DNA from: Batkoa obscura
Taxonomy: Eukaryota
DNA length: 64,000 nucleotides
Assembly: GCA_030770535.1 (NCBI GenBank)
Contig: JASVEC010000014.1
Coordinates: 868,001-932,000, forward strand
Reading direction: 5' to 3'
The notes beneath the pieces are model-generated. The model did no database searches, was not told where the DNA came from, and saw nothing but the letters and a program-made list of their open reading frames with translations. Below are positions 13,347-25,484 of the stretch, piece by piece; the first letter of the stretch is position 1; every line of letters begins with the position of its first letter. The translations under genes and the position numbers were made by a program.

Positions 13347-14061
13347 ATATTGAAGTTTTTAGTTTTCTGCTTACAATTGCCAATTGGCTGGGGTTTTATG
13401 CATTTTTACAAAAGATGTAATAACAAATTTATATTTTGATTTGTTCATTTAAAATATGGCTTCAATAAAAAGTATACAGATTAAAAATTGAAGCTCAATC
13501 TTTTATTTTACTTTTAATTTTTTGATTTGATTTCGAATTCTAATTAGATAACTCTATCAATTTATTTAAAAAAATCAAGTGAATTTAGTTTTGACTCTAT
13601 GAATTGTTAAATGTAGGTTCCTTTAAGGCTTCACCTTTGTAGGTGTTTTTAAAGAGCCCTACTTCTGAACTTTGGTGATTTTAATTTAATCATTGATTAA
13701 CTCAATTAGTGGTTTGATGGAGTTTGATGATTGGATTTAAGGAATTTAATGGAGCTATTGGTCGGCTTGTATAGCTGATTAGTATGGAATCACATTATAT
13801 TAAATAAACAAATAGTTTTAAAATAATTATTTAATTTTCATTTAATTTTTAAATTATTTCAATATTATTTTAATGGGATTACTATTATTTATAAAACTGA
13901 ACTTGTTTTAATATCACTACTAAATTTCCTTTTAGTGGTTGTTTCTTATTTTCAGTTTCACTTTTTCGCTAGTTTTATCTTATTCCAATTCAACAAGTAT
14001 TTACTGAAACTTCAAGCTTAAAACTTTTTTACCTTTTATTCCAAATTGTTATCTGGTTACC

Positions 14062-15777
14062 ATGGATTTAAACCGGACATTATTTAACATAATAAAGTTG
14101 CTTGATATCACTAGTTTCTTTCAGCAAAAAGGAATACCGATAGAGATAAGACTGGATGATACATTTCTGAAACAAAAAAAAGAAATTGAATGGGTAATTT
14201 ATTTTCTATATTTTAAGTTAAATTCCGAAGATTTAGAAAAGGTAATTCCTATTCCATGTTCAATCAGGAATAGAATTAACAGATTGTTTCTATTCTGACC
14301 TTTAATTATTTAGAATGTAGGCAAGTGTCCAAACTCCGAACTTAAGCAAACGAATATCAATAATAAATATTATTTTGAATGTTTATTTAGTTTAAAAAAA
14401 GAAAACAAATGGCCGTCATTTATTCCTATTCGCTTTTCTTATTTCTCAGATTATAGAAATGAAAGGTAGTTTATTATATTATAATGAATGTTTTATGATG
14501 ACGATTGATGTTTATTGGTTTAGGTTCCTTTGGATTTTGGTTGGTTTAGGCTATACCGTGTTAAAGCAAGAGTTAGATAAAATTCTAAGTAAGCTTTAAG
14601 TTTATTATCATTACTATCAAATTAAATTATTTATAAACAATAATTAGTAGAAGACAACAAATCTATAGAAGATATTGAGAAATTAGATATAAATGAGATT
14701 AAAGTAATTATATTCATTATATATTTTATCATAAAATATTGAAAAAATGATTGCCATTTTATAGACTAAAACAACTCAAAATACATTAGAAATGCTGGCT
14801 CAAATAAAAGAACATGATAATTTAGTAACTGAGTATAAAATTCAAGCCAAAGATCTAACTCAACAGATAAAAAGTATTGAGAGTAAAATAGTAAGTTGAT
14901 ATATTTATCTGTATTTATTTTGAAACAATACTAATTCCTTTAGAACAAAAACAAAGCCATATTAGCTAGCTATGAGGATAAAGAAGCTCCAATTAATAAG
15001 CAAGAGATATTCAATTGTTTGGATTCATTTAGTGAGAGTTATAAAAATAATATGATTCCCATGACTCAGCTTGAACAGTTAATAAATTCAAATGGTGAGC
15101 TTTTAATTGACGGAGGTGAATTAAGTAAAGAAAAAAAAAATGATATGAACATAAATGAAATTGTTAAAGATATTATGAATGATATGAAGGAATGGATGAA
15201 TCAAATGGATAAAATAAATATGGAAAGTAAGTTAATAGTTTCTATTTTTAAAGGTAAGAAGTTTTGATAACATGAATAACTTAGGTTTTGATAATGAAGG
15301 GGATTTGGAGAAGATGGTCAATGAGCATAGGGAGTATACTAAAGAATTGAAAAGAATTGAAAAAGAGTTAAAACATCAAGTGGATATTATGGAGTTTGAA
15401 TGTAAAGAAGAGAGGTAGTAGTTATTACGATTTATAAGTAATATTAATATCAATTTACGATAGCGTTGATAGTAAACCTAACGAAAACACACTTTTCCTT
15501 AACAAATTATATAATTTATATAATAAAAGAGAAGGTGAATTCAATCATTTACAATTTGATATGGATGGTATGTTTTATAACTCATTTTATTTTAGATAAA
15601 AGATTAATTTAATTTAACTTATTTTATTTTATTTAAATAGAAATTAAAAATGAGATGACGGGAAATAAGAATTCAAAGAAAATAAAAGTCAATGAGTTTA
15701 AGATGTCTCCACCATCCCCTCCATTTAAGTCATTGGAAAATATGAATTTAGAATTTGATCCATTTGATTGGCTATAA
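14062..15777 (+). CDS. Hypothetical multi-exon (about 9 exons) coiled-coil protein
   Basis: A series of short GT-AG introns joins open exons (..NVGKCPNSEL.., ..RNERFLWILVGLGY.., ..EYTKELKRIEKELKHQ.., ..FDPFDWL*). No family recognised. Confidence 0.65.
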
Positions 15778-16211
15778 CATATAAAACTAAGTGGGAGCAT
15801 AGTATGTAAAAGGTATAAATGAATAGGCTGAATGATTGAATAATAATTTATGATAAAGCTAAACCGTAGTTATTGATAAGTTAAGATAGTTTCTAGTTAA
15901 TAATAGAAAAATAAAATGTAGAATGAAAACGGGATCAAAACAAATATAGATTATTAGTACTTAATGATTTGAAAATTCAAGCGTTTGAATAAAAAAGATG
16001 TTGTAAAGTTAATATACTTATTTTATTAACTTTTTTATTAAATTATTATACTAAAATTATAAATATTAATAATATTCGATTGAACTTAAAAAATATCTAC
16101 TTGATTCTAAAGCTAAAAATTACACATTAAAAATAGAACAGAAAATGACGTTTAAAAAATCTCAAAAAAGCAAAATCTAAATTTCATTTTTTAATTTTCC
16201 AGCTCATAAAA

Positions 16212-19200
16212 ATGTACCATGCGTTTGAACCCATTCTACTACTGGATAAACTTCCAATAAAAATTGAAAGTATAACCTTTCATAAAGATATTTTATACAT
16301 AGGAACTCAAAGTGGTATCTTATTATTATATAAGATTATCCCCATTACTCCCACTTCTGAGGACACCATTGCTTACACTGATGAATATGGTCAATCTTAC
16401 AAACTAGAATTATTAAAGAGTCTTAAATCTTTTTCTAAAAAATCTATTGATCAACTAGAAATTATTTCAGAATTAGGTCTCTTATTAGCTTTAACCGATA
16501 ACCAAGTGAATGCTTATGAATTAAGTACATTATCTTTTCAAGCTTCTTTAGCACCAAGTTATTTTTTAAACCAAGCTAAAGGTCAATTATCTTTTGTTAC
16601 TTTTACTGGAATTGAAATGTTAGAAGAAGAAAATGGAAACAAAGGTGGAATACCAGTAATGACAACTCGACTTTGTATATTAGGTAAAAAAAGTATAATT
16701 ATGATGATGTGGAAGGATTCTGAGTTTGATGCTGAAAAAGTAAGTTTTTAAACTATATTTTATTAATAATAGGGATTTAATACGTTTGTTTATTATATTA
16801 GACAAAAGAATACCCTCTCCCTGATAAAGTTAGAAGTATCAATTTTTTAACAGCAACTCAATTATGGCTTGGTACTATTAATAAAGAATATTATCAAATG
16901 GATCTAAATGATGGAAGTTATAAAGAAATTAACGTTAACTTAAATATCGATCAAAATTCCAATAATAATAATAATAATAATGACTTAAAACAAGAAGAAG
17001 AAAAAATAGGAAGTTCAGTAGAAAAAAAAGGAAAGTTATCACCTACACCATCAATAAGAACTGGTATGGCATCTATGATATCAGGTATTGCTTATACATC
17101 AACACAATATGTATCAAGCTATAACCCATTAAATTCCATTTTATCTAATCAACACTATAAATTACCTATGTTAAGATTAAATGAAAAACAAATGATAATA
17201 ATAAAAGATGGATTTGGCATTATTGTTAATGAGAAATTAAAAGTAGAAAGAGACATAATATTACAGTTACCAGAAGAAGTTTATTATTTATTATACTGTT
17301 ATCCATATATTCTTATTATTACTAAAAATCAAGTTGAAGTAAGAAATTTATCTTCTCAAATTACAGTACAAACAATGCAATTAAATAACCCCATTATTGC
17401 TATTAAAGATGGAAAAGCCCCATTTTTAGCTACTAACAATCAAGTTTATCGCTGGCTTCCATCTCATTTTGCTAATCAAATCAATCAATTAGTAGAATTG
17501 AAATTATATTCGGAAGCTTTAGTGTTATTAGAACAAAATAAAAGTCGAATTAGTGAAATTAAGGTAAACACAGAAATTGAGATTAAAAAAATGTTAGCAT
17601 TAGATAAATTTTTCAATGGTCAATATGATTTAGGACTAAATTTGTTTTTTGAATTAAAGACTCAGGTTAATGAATTAACCGAATTATTTCCTAAATTAGT
17701 TAATGGTAAATGGGAAGAGTTTATTAAAGATTATGAAAAAATTAAAGAAAATAAAGAAAATAAGAGTAATCGTAATAGTCCAATATCAAATAATGAAGAT
17801 GAAAGTATGACTAGTTATATTACTAATTCAGAAGAATGGAATTTCAATAGATTAATTAAAGCAATTGAAAGTTTTATTATTATATTAACTCAATATCGAA
17901 ATTATTATTTAAAAGAAAATGAATTAAAAGAAATGAAATTAATTGATACCACTTTAATTAAATGTTATTTAGTTACTAATGAAGCTATGGTAGGGCCATT
18001 ATTAAGAATTAAAAATTATGTGGATGTAATAGAAATTGAAAGTATTTTAAAGGAATTAAAAAAATATAAAGAATTAACCGAGTTATATTTTAATAAGGAA
18101 TTACATAGAAATGGACTACAGCTATTAAAGGAATTAAGTCAAAAAGAAAAGAAAGAAGATCAAATCATAATTACCTCAATTTTAGATTATTTAAAAAGAA
18201 TAACAGATTTTAATTTAATTATGGAATATTCAAGTTATTGTTTTGAATATTCACCAGAGGAAACATTAAATTTATATTTAATAGAACATTTGAATTCAGA
18301 AAGTTACAATTGTAAACAAATTATTGATTTTTTAAAAGGTATTAATAACCAATATGCTTTAATTTATTGTAAAAATGTATTGGATGAAAAATATACAGGA
18401 TTCAAAAAAGCAACAAAACCTAATCATCAAAATATTAATGATATACAAGTACATACAGATTATGCTTTGTTATTAATTGATTGTTTAATTAAGTTACTTG
18501 ATGATATTCATAAGCAATGTGAAGTAAATAATGAGGACAAAAAAAATGATATTAATTTAAATTTAGAAGCTTATATTTGGCAGAATAATAATGATAATAA
18601 TAATAATAATAATAATACAATTAGTTGGGAAGATTTGATATTAATAAATGATAATAATGAAACAATAACAATTAGGGATAATAATAAATTAACTAATATA
18701 TTAAATTTATGTCAAGAGCATATTAATGAATTAATTTATTTTTTATTAGCTATACCAAGTTATTATAAATATGAAAAAATAATGAGTCGACTACCAACTA
18801 ATTTATTATACAAACCAAGAGCAATTATATTATATAAATTAAAACGATATGATTTAGGATTAAATATAATAGTAGAAAAATTAAAAGATTATAATGGAGC
18901 TATTGAATATTGTCAAATTGAAAATAATGAAGAAATTTATTATTTATTATTAAAAATGTATTTAAAATTCGAACTAAAAGAAGAATATATCAAATTAATT
19001 AATCAATATTTTAAATATTTACCCTTATTAGAGAGTTTAAAATTATTACCAAATGATGTTCAAATGAAACAAATTGAATTATTTTTATTAAAAAATATTC
19101 AAAGTAATTTATTTCAACAACATATTAAAAAATTACAACTAAATTTATCTAAAGCTTATCAACACCAATTAAATAAACAAATGTTAAAATATAAGCAAAA

Positions 19201-19318
19201 AAAAATTGTTATTGATAAAGATACTATTTGTAATTATTGTTTAAAAAGAATCGGGATTTCTGCTTTTAAATGGTTTCCCAATGGCACTGTATTACATTAT
19301 AATTGTTCAATAGAGTAA
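16212..19318 (+). CDS. VPS39: Vam6/Vps39 HOPS subunit (CNH, CHCR, C-terminal Zn finger), 2 exons
   Basis: MYHAFE start; IDTTLIKCYL..VGPLLRIKN; C-terminal CNYCLKRIGISAF..FPNGTVLHYNC. Intron 16740-16801 joins the ORFs in frame. Confidence 0.92.
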
Positions 19319-19476
19319 TAAAAGTGAGTTAAATCAAGTTATTGAGTTTATGTTGCTGTTTTTATTTTATTTTAATTGTAGCCAATTAAATAAATGAGTT
19401 GGGTTATTAAATTGAGTTTTTTATTTTTTATAGTTCTTTTTATAATTCTTTTTATAATTTTTTTTATAATTTTAAA

Positions 19477-20887
19477 ATGAAATCGATAAGAAGTGAACAA
19501 CAACCAAAAGTAATAGTTTATGATATGGTATCTAATGTAAAATTTATTTAACTATATTTAATATAATAGCATAAATACCTTATTGAAATAATAAGGTTGT
19601 TGAAAAATATTAAAAGTATGGAAAAGCTGAGGTATATTAAAAAGATTAAAGGGATACAGAAGTTGATTGAGGAAAAGTAAATTATTATATTTGTAAATAG
19701 AGTGATAAAATAATCATTGATATTAATATCATTTTTTAAAAATATAGTAAAGAAGAGCAAGAAATTTCAAAACATCAAGAAGAGGTCAAATTATTAGAAT
19801 TAGAAACTCAATTATTAAAGGTAATATTTAAAGTCATGATAAAGTATTTATATATTCAAAAATAAAAGCAAGAAACAAAAATAAAAAACAAAAATAAAAA
19901 ACAAAAATAGTAACTCTTTCTTCACTCTTTTAGTGTCTTGATCCTGAATCCTTAAGTAAAAAATTACTCTACAAATTAATCACCAAAGATAGGAAATTGA
20001 ATGAACAAGAGCAATTGAAAGAGTATATTGAAGAAAACAAGAAAATAAATGACTTATTAGATTACCCAGCACTTGAGGAAGATAAAGAAAAATTATCAGA
20101 GAGTATGAATAGAGTAACGAATAAAGTAATATCCAATAAAAAAGTTAAAGAAGCATTGGAGGGAATTAAATTGGGACTAATGGTAGATTTGGGGTTATCA
20201 GAAAAGAAAGTTAAGGCTAAAGGAAAAGTAAGAGTGAGAGGGGCGAGTATAAATAGTATTAATCTAATTTATTTTTAGGGTAAAAAAGAAGAAAAAGAAA
20301 GTAATAATAATAATGAAAGTAGAAATGATATGGAAGTAAGTTAATTGATAACAATAAATTTCACAATAATCAATAAAATTTATAATAGAAAAGATCAAAG
20401 ACAAACAATAAAGAATTAAAAAGTAAAACTAAGAATAAACATGTGACAAGTAATCTTTATATGGATAATTTAGCTGATATAAAAGATGAAGAATTTAAAC
20501 AATTATACGGAGCTGAAGGTAGAAACCGTATGGGACAAAGGCAAAGGAGACAGTAAGTTAACTGATATAAAATTATAAATAAATATAAATATAGATATAG
20601 ATATAAAGTAATGTATTCTAATTCCTTTTAATTTCATTAGATTAAATGAGAAAAAATATGGTCAAAAAGCCAATCATTTACAAATTCAAGCTAATATGGA
20701 TGTTTCCTTAAAAAAATTAGACAAAAGGAAAGGAGAATTTAAAGGAAAGGGAGAATATAAAGGAAATGGAGAAAACAAAAAGAAGAAAAAAGAAGAAAAA
20801 TTGCATCCATCTTGGGAAGCCAAACGTCAACAAAAGTTGGCCATTGCTACAGTTAAACCAAAGGGTAATAAAATTGTATTTGATTAA
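19477..20887 (+). CDS. BUD22: Bud22/SRFBP1-family ribosome biogenesis protein, multi-exon
   Basis: NRMGQRQRR..EKKYGQKANHL and C-terminal EKLHPSWEAKR...KGNKIVFD. Upstream exons predicted by eye; start approximate. Confidence 0.85.
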
Positions 20888-21087
20888 AGACAAATAAATA
20901 GAATAATTTGATATTTTATTAATTTATTATTTTTATTATTTATTGAAATTAATTTAAACAAATAAATTAGAATTTAAAAACATATAGTCAAAAGATAGAA
21001 GTTTATTTTATAATATATATTTTTTATCAATCCAAATAAAATAGAGAAGAAGAGTTTATGAAAGCTCAAGGTAGTGGACATCCAATA

Positions 21088-22104
21088 TTAACAAGGGGGA
21101 AGATAAGCGAAAGAAACTTTAGCTTGGAACTGATTAATATCAACTAAAGTAGTTTTTTCATTAGCTAAAGTTTTATAAGCGGATTTAATAGTTGATGAAG
21201 ATACCCCTGAAACATCAGAAATCTGTTTTAAACTTCGACCTTGTTGAAATAAATGGGACATAAAATAAATAGCTGCTGCAGCAATAGAAACTGGACTTCT
21301 ACCCGCAACCGAATGAATATTCGTAGCACTTTGTGCCAAATTACTAGCTGCATTTTGTACCTCCATTGGTAAATTAAGTAATGAACAAAATCTTGGCATT
21401 AAATCTGCTGTAGATGTAGTTGTTTGTTCTCCTTCATCATCAATGTTACGTTTTAAAGTTTTATAAGCTTTACCAATATCAGAAGTAGTAACTCTAGCTA
21501 AACTTGAAATTTCTTTAAATGTACGTGGTACACCTTCCCTTCTACAAGCCATAAAGATACAAGCTGCAATAATCACTTCTGTTTTTTTAGTACTAATGGA
21601 TTTACTTTCTTCAGCTAATTTATAAATAGCTTTTGCTTTTTCAATCACTGGTTTAGAATAATTAGCTGCTTCACACATAGCAGCTATATCTTTAAATGCT
21701 TGTAAACGTCCTCTTATCCCTTTATTATTATTAGCTCGATTAACAAAACGTATCATATCTTTCCCTGCAGCTGAAGTAACCCCTAATTTTGAAATACCAG
21801 TATCTAGTTGATTGCCTTCGAGTAATGGATTAGCAGCAGCACCAACACGAGAAGGATCATCACCTTCATCATTAGCAAAGGTACGCCATTCAGAACGGGT
21901 ATCAATGATACGATCCCCCAATATCAAACCACAATCACCACATACTAAATCACCACTGGCAAATTCTTCTACTATATTTGGAATCGGATTACGACAATCT
22001 TTACACATTAAACGTATATTTAAATTGGGTAGCTTGGGTTCATTTTTTTGCTTATCTTCATTAAGTTGAGCTTCCATGGGGCTATTGCTGACTATATTAG
22101 ACAT
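21088..22104 (-). CDS. SUA7: Transcription initiation factor IIB
   Basis: Zn ribbon CKDC..GDLVCGDCG, B-reader DTRSEWRTF, cyclin repeats ACRREGVPRTFKEI and GRSPVSIAAAAIY. Confidence 0.97.
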   Translation of the reverse strand: MSNIVSNSPMEAQLNEDKQKNEPKLPNLNIRLMCKDCRNPIPNIVEEFASGDLVCGDCGLILGDRIIDTRSEWRTFANDEGDDPSRVGAAANPLLEGNQLDTGISKLGVTSAAGKDMIRFVNRANNNKGIRGRLQAFKDIAAMCEAANYSKPVIEKAKAIYKLAEESKSISTKKTEVIIAACIFMACRREGVPRTFKEISSLARVTTSDIGKAYKTLKRNIDDEGEQTTTSTADLMPRFCSLLNLPMEVQNAASNLAQSATNIHSVAGRSPVSIAAAAIYFMSHLFQQGRSLKQISDVSGVSSSTIKSAYKTLANEKTTLVDINQFQAKVSFAYLPPC

Positions 22105-22600
22105 TAAATAATTGTTTTATTGGAATTGATAAGGATGAATAGATATTTAAATAAATTTTCAATTTATTATTATCTCGCAGCTAATAATGAAAAAAAAAGA
22201 AGATAGAGAAATACAAGTTGATGTTTATGAAATTGAAAATCTTTTTTTAGTAATGACTTGAATTTTATTGGTTTAAGTAAAAAAATTTGAAAATATAATA
22301 AAAAATTGGTGAGCAAGTTTTAAAATTGAGGGAAATATCTAGTAAAATGGAGTTTTAGAACTCGAATTTAATGAAATAGTTTAGAATAAAATAAAATAAA
22401 GCAAAATGAAAATAAAGTTAAAAGGGATAATGATATTAAGTCTATTTTTTATAAAAACTTATTTCAAATAGTTATTAAATTAAAAATCCATAAATTGCCT
22501 CAAATTTAATTAAAAAATAACAGTTATAATTTGAATCAATCATACGTTTGAAAAAAATTTAATTAAAAATATCATAAATATAGTCATGGATAAAAGATAT

Positions 22601-22703
22601 ATATGAGTGTTTTTTTAGTTTCATTACTTTTTTCATTTTTTGAGCACTATTAAGTGGAAAAAATATCAGTAAATTTCTTAAACGAAAAAATACATCCTTA
22701 TAT
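22601..22703 (+). mobile_element. MITE copy
   Basis: ATATGAGTGTTTTTTTAGTTTCATTAC...AAAAATACATCCTTATAT. Confidence 0.8.
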
Positions 22704-23020
22704 TTAATTTAATATATAATACTTGACAAACTATAAAATAAGTGGCATTCAATTTTTACGATTAATAAACTAAAAGCAATATATTATTCTTATTTAAAAA
22801 AGTCGACATATTAAATATTAGTTGTATAAGTTGTATAAGTTGTGTAGTTTGAAAGTTAACTATAATATAACTTAACTTAAGACATATATAATACCTTTTT
22901 AAAAAAAATTATTTATTTATTTAGTATAATATTAAACTAAAACAAAAAACAATAACAAAATTTTATTAATAAAAACTTAAAGAAATTTTTTTTTAAATAA
23001 AAGCACATAATATATATAAA

Positions 23021-23203
23021 TATTTTCTTTTGTTTAATAATTTCACTAATAATTTTTCCTCTTAGATTACACTTAAAAAACAAAACACTTTTATATGTAT
23101 ATGGGAGTGTTTTTTTAACTTCATTATTTTTTCCATTTTTTAAGCGCTATTTAAGCGGAAAATTTGTTAGTTAAATTCTTAAACACAAAAATACATCCCC
23201 ATA
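23021..23203. mobile_element. Two adjacent MITE copies: degenerate minus (23021-23096) and intact plus (23099-23203)
   Basis: Plus copy ATATGGGAGTGT...AATACATCCCCATA; the upstream copy is eroded. Confidence 0.75.
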
Positions 23204-23358
23204 GATTAATTTGAAAACTTAATAAAGTTTTGTTTAATTTTAACTAACCTCTCAAACTTGCTCATATATAAAAAAAGCTTCTTTCATTAAAAATATATAT
23301 AGAAATAAATAAATAAATAAAAATTTAATTATCATTCATAAAAAGTTTTTCAATATTT

Positions 23359-23557
23359 GTATATATTTCTTTTGTTTAAGAAATTTACTAACAATTTTCT
23401 ATTCAAATAGCGCTTAAAAATGAAAAAAGTGATAAAATAAAAAAACATCACCATATGGGAGTATTTTTTTTGACTTCATTATTTTTTCCATTTTTTAAGC
23501 GTTGTTTAAGCGGAAAAATTGTTAGTAAAATTCTTAAATACAAAAATACATCCCCAT
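23359..23557. mobile_element. Head-to-head MITE pair sharing one ATAT (23453-23456)
   Basis: ...AAAACATCACC-ATAT-GGGAGTATTTT...; both halves match the family core. Confidence 0.8.
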
Positions 23558-23779
23558 GTATTATTAAAAAATTTTATTCAATTTTATTAATTTAAAGTAT
23601 ATAGTTTTATAAAAATAATTACTTGTACTAATAAAACAATTAAAGCCTAAATATAAGAACATAGTTAATTATAAAGCTAACTGAATAATATTTTATATTA
23701 TTGTTAATTCAATCTGAATAATAATAATAAAACTAACTTAAAAATAATAAATAAGATTGATTAAAAAATTATTATTAAG

Positions 23780-23886
23780 ATATGGGGGTGTATTTTGTAT
23801 TTGAGAATTTTACTAACAATTTTTCCACTCAAATAGTGCTTAAAAGATGGAAAAAATAATGAAGCCAAAAAAAAACATCCCCATAT
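23780..23886 (-). mobile_element. MITE copy, full length
   Basis: atatGGGGGTGTATTTTG...AAAAACATCCCCatat. Confidence 0.85.
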
Positions 23887-24062
23887 TCTATTCTATTTTA
23901 TTTTATTCAGCTAAGAACATTCGTATAATAAATTAAATTCTGTTAATTTGTTTAATTTATTTCTAATTAATATATTAAACAAAACTAATGCTTCTAATTG
24001 ATTTATTAATAAAAAGCACTTAATGTACAAATATAATATAAATAAATAATAATATTACAAAA

Positions 24063-24138
24063 AAATAAAATAAAATAAAATAAAATAAAATAAAATAAAA
24101 TAAAATAAAATAAAATAAAATAAAATAAAATAAAATAA
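24063..24138. repeat. (AAAAT)n microsatellite
   Basis: About 15 perfect TAAAA units. Confidence 0.95.
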
Positions 24139-24144
24139 CAACTG

Positions 24145-24668
24145 TCAGATTTAATTCTTTGAAAATAAATATTTATAAGGTATATTATAACATTATAGAT
24201 ATTAATGTCTTCTTAACAATCGTGTTATTAAATTTAACAGCCGACATTTTCTTAAACAAAAAATTAAGATGTTGGTTTAAAGCCACTTTATAAAATAAAT
24301 AACCCTGATATAATATTATAAGATAATATAATATTTTAATAAAGGACACATTAATAACAAAACTTTAAAATCAAACTTACTCCCACTAATAATAATTTTA
24401 AATTGATTAAACTATTTATGTTCCAAAATTATTGTCCTTTTTTAATTTTTCCTTTTTGATTTAATTTTTTAAACTAAAAAAGACATTGAATGAAAGTCTT
24501 CATTGTTACATATTTTAGTTTTTACTAGCTTTTTCTTTCCTTTTTACAAATTGGTCCTTTCTCTACCAGTAGCCGCATTTTAGCATTTTTAAATCATATT
24601 TCCTTTTCCTTTTATAACATTGACCACAAGCCTGGTAGATCCTTGCTAGATTTATTAGTATGGGTCAT
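24145..24668 (-). pseudogene. Truncated Zn2Cys6 TF pseudogene (paralog of 25485-27119)
   Basis: RIYQACGQCYKRKRKYDLKMLKCGYW* vs RIRPACDQCFFKRVKCDLSIPTCSSC; ICNNEDFHSMSF vs MCNNKDFHSQSF; IYFQRIK vs LYFQRIN. Broken by frameshifts and stops. Confidence 0.85.
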
Positions 24669-24947
24669 TTCACTTATTTTGAATTGTGTACTTCAAAAGT
24701 ATAATTCTAGGTTTGTAATGTCAAAAAACTAGAACTTGGTACAATTGACGATTTTGTTGAATATAATTCAAATTTAAACGTTAGGTTATCTCAAATTGAT
24801 AAAAGTAGTCATCCTTGTAATTAAATTTATCCTTTAAAAAGAGGGATGTTGAATTTAAAACTCTATTGTAATAAAATCCATTGTCTTTATTTAAAGAACA
24901 AAGATTATTGAGAATAGATTAATGTTGCTGTTAACTAAGTAATTAGA

Positions 24948-25110
24948 TAAAACAGCTTACAGGTAGATGTCTTTTATATTTTTTAATTTAGAAATGATTT
25001 CTCTTAATATAAATTTAAGGCCTATATTCTCTTTCAGGTCTTTAAATTCATATTAAAATATTTGACTCTAGATTAAAAATAGATAAGATATTTAACTGTA
25101 AGCTGTTTTA
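24948..25110. repeat. Fold-back element with ~75-bp imperfect arms and ~12-nt loop
   Basis: TAAAACAGCTTACAGGTAGATGTCTT...AATTTAAGGCCT vs reverse complement of the right arm TAAAACAGCTTACAGTTAAATATCTT...AATTTAAAGACCT. Confidence 0.8.
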
Positions 25111-25484
25111 GTATACTACGTTCTCATTTAATAAATTAAAGAGAACAAATATAAAAATATTGTACCGATTTGGGCAACGTTTCTAGTTTTAATAAGTTAA
25201 TATCTCACTAAAATACATTCTCTCCCAAGGTTGTTTACTGTTTCTTTTTACAATAATTCGAGTGATATTAAATAAAAATATCAATTCATATAAGTAAATA
25301 AATTTCAATGCTTAAGTTGTCCAAGTTGCAACATAATTATATTAGGAAATATTTATAAAGGCATCTAAATGTTTTATTTTTTTTATTTTTTTTTATTTTT
25401 TTATTTTTTTATCCAGTATATAAAATTGAGCATTTTATTAACAAAATATTGGAACAAAAAATAGTTTTCATATATATTATTTTA

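Noticed and set aside
22601..23886. CRISPR-like array of repeats
   Set aside because: Units are ~105 bp, irregularly spaced, in both orientations and have TIRs; the genome is eukaryotic and no cas genes are present.
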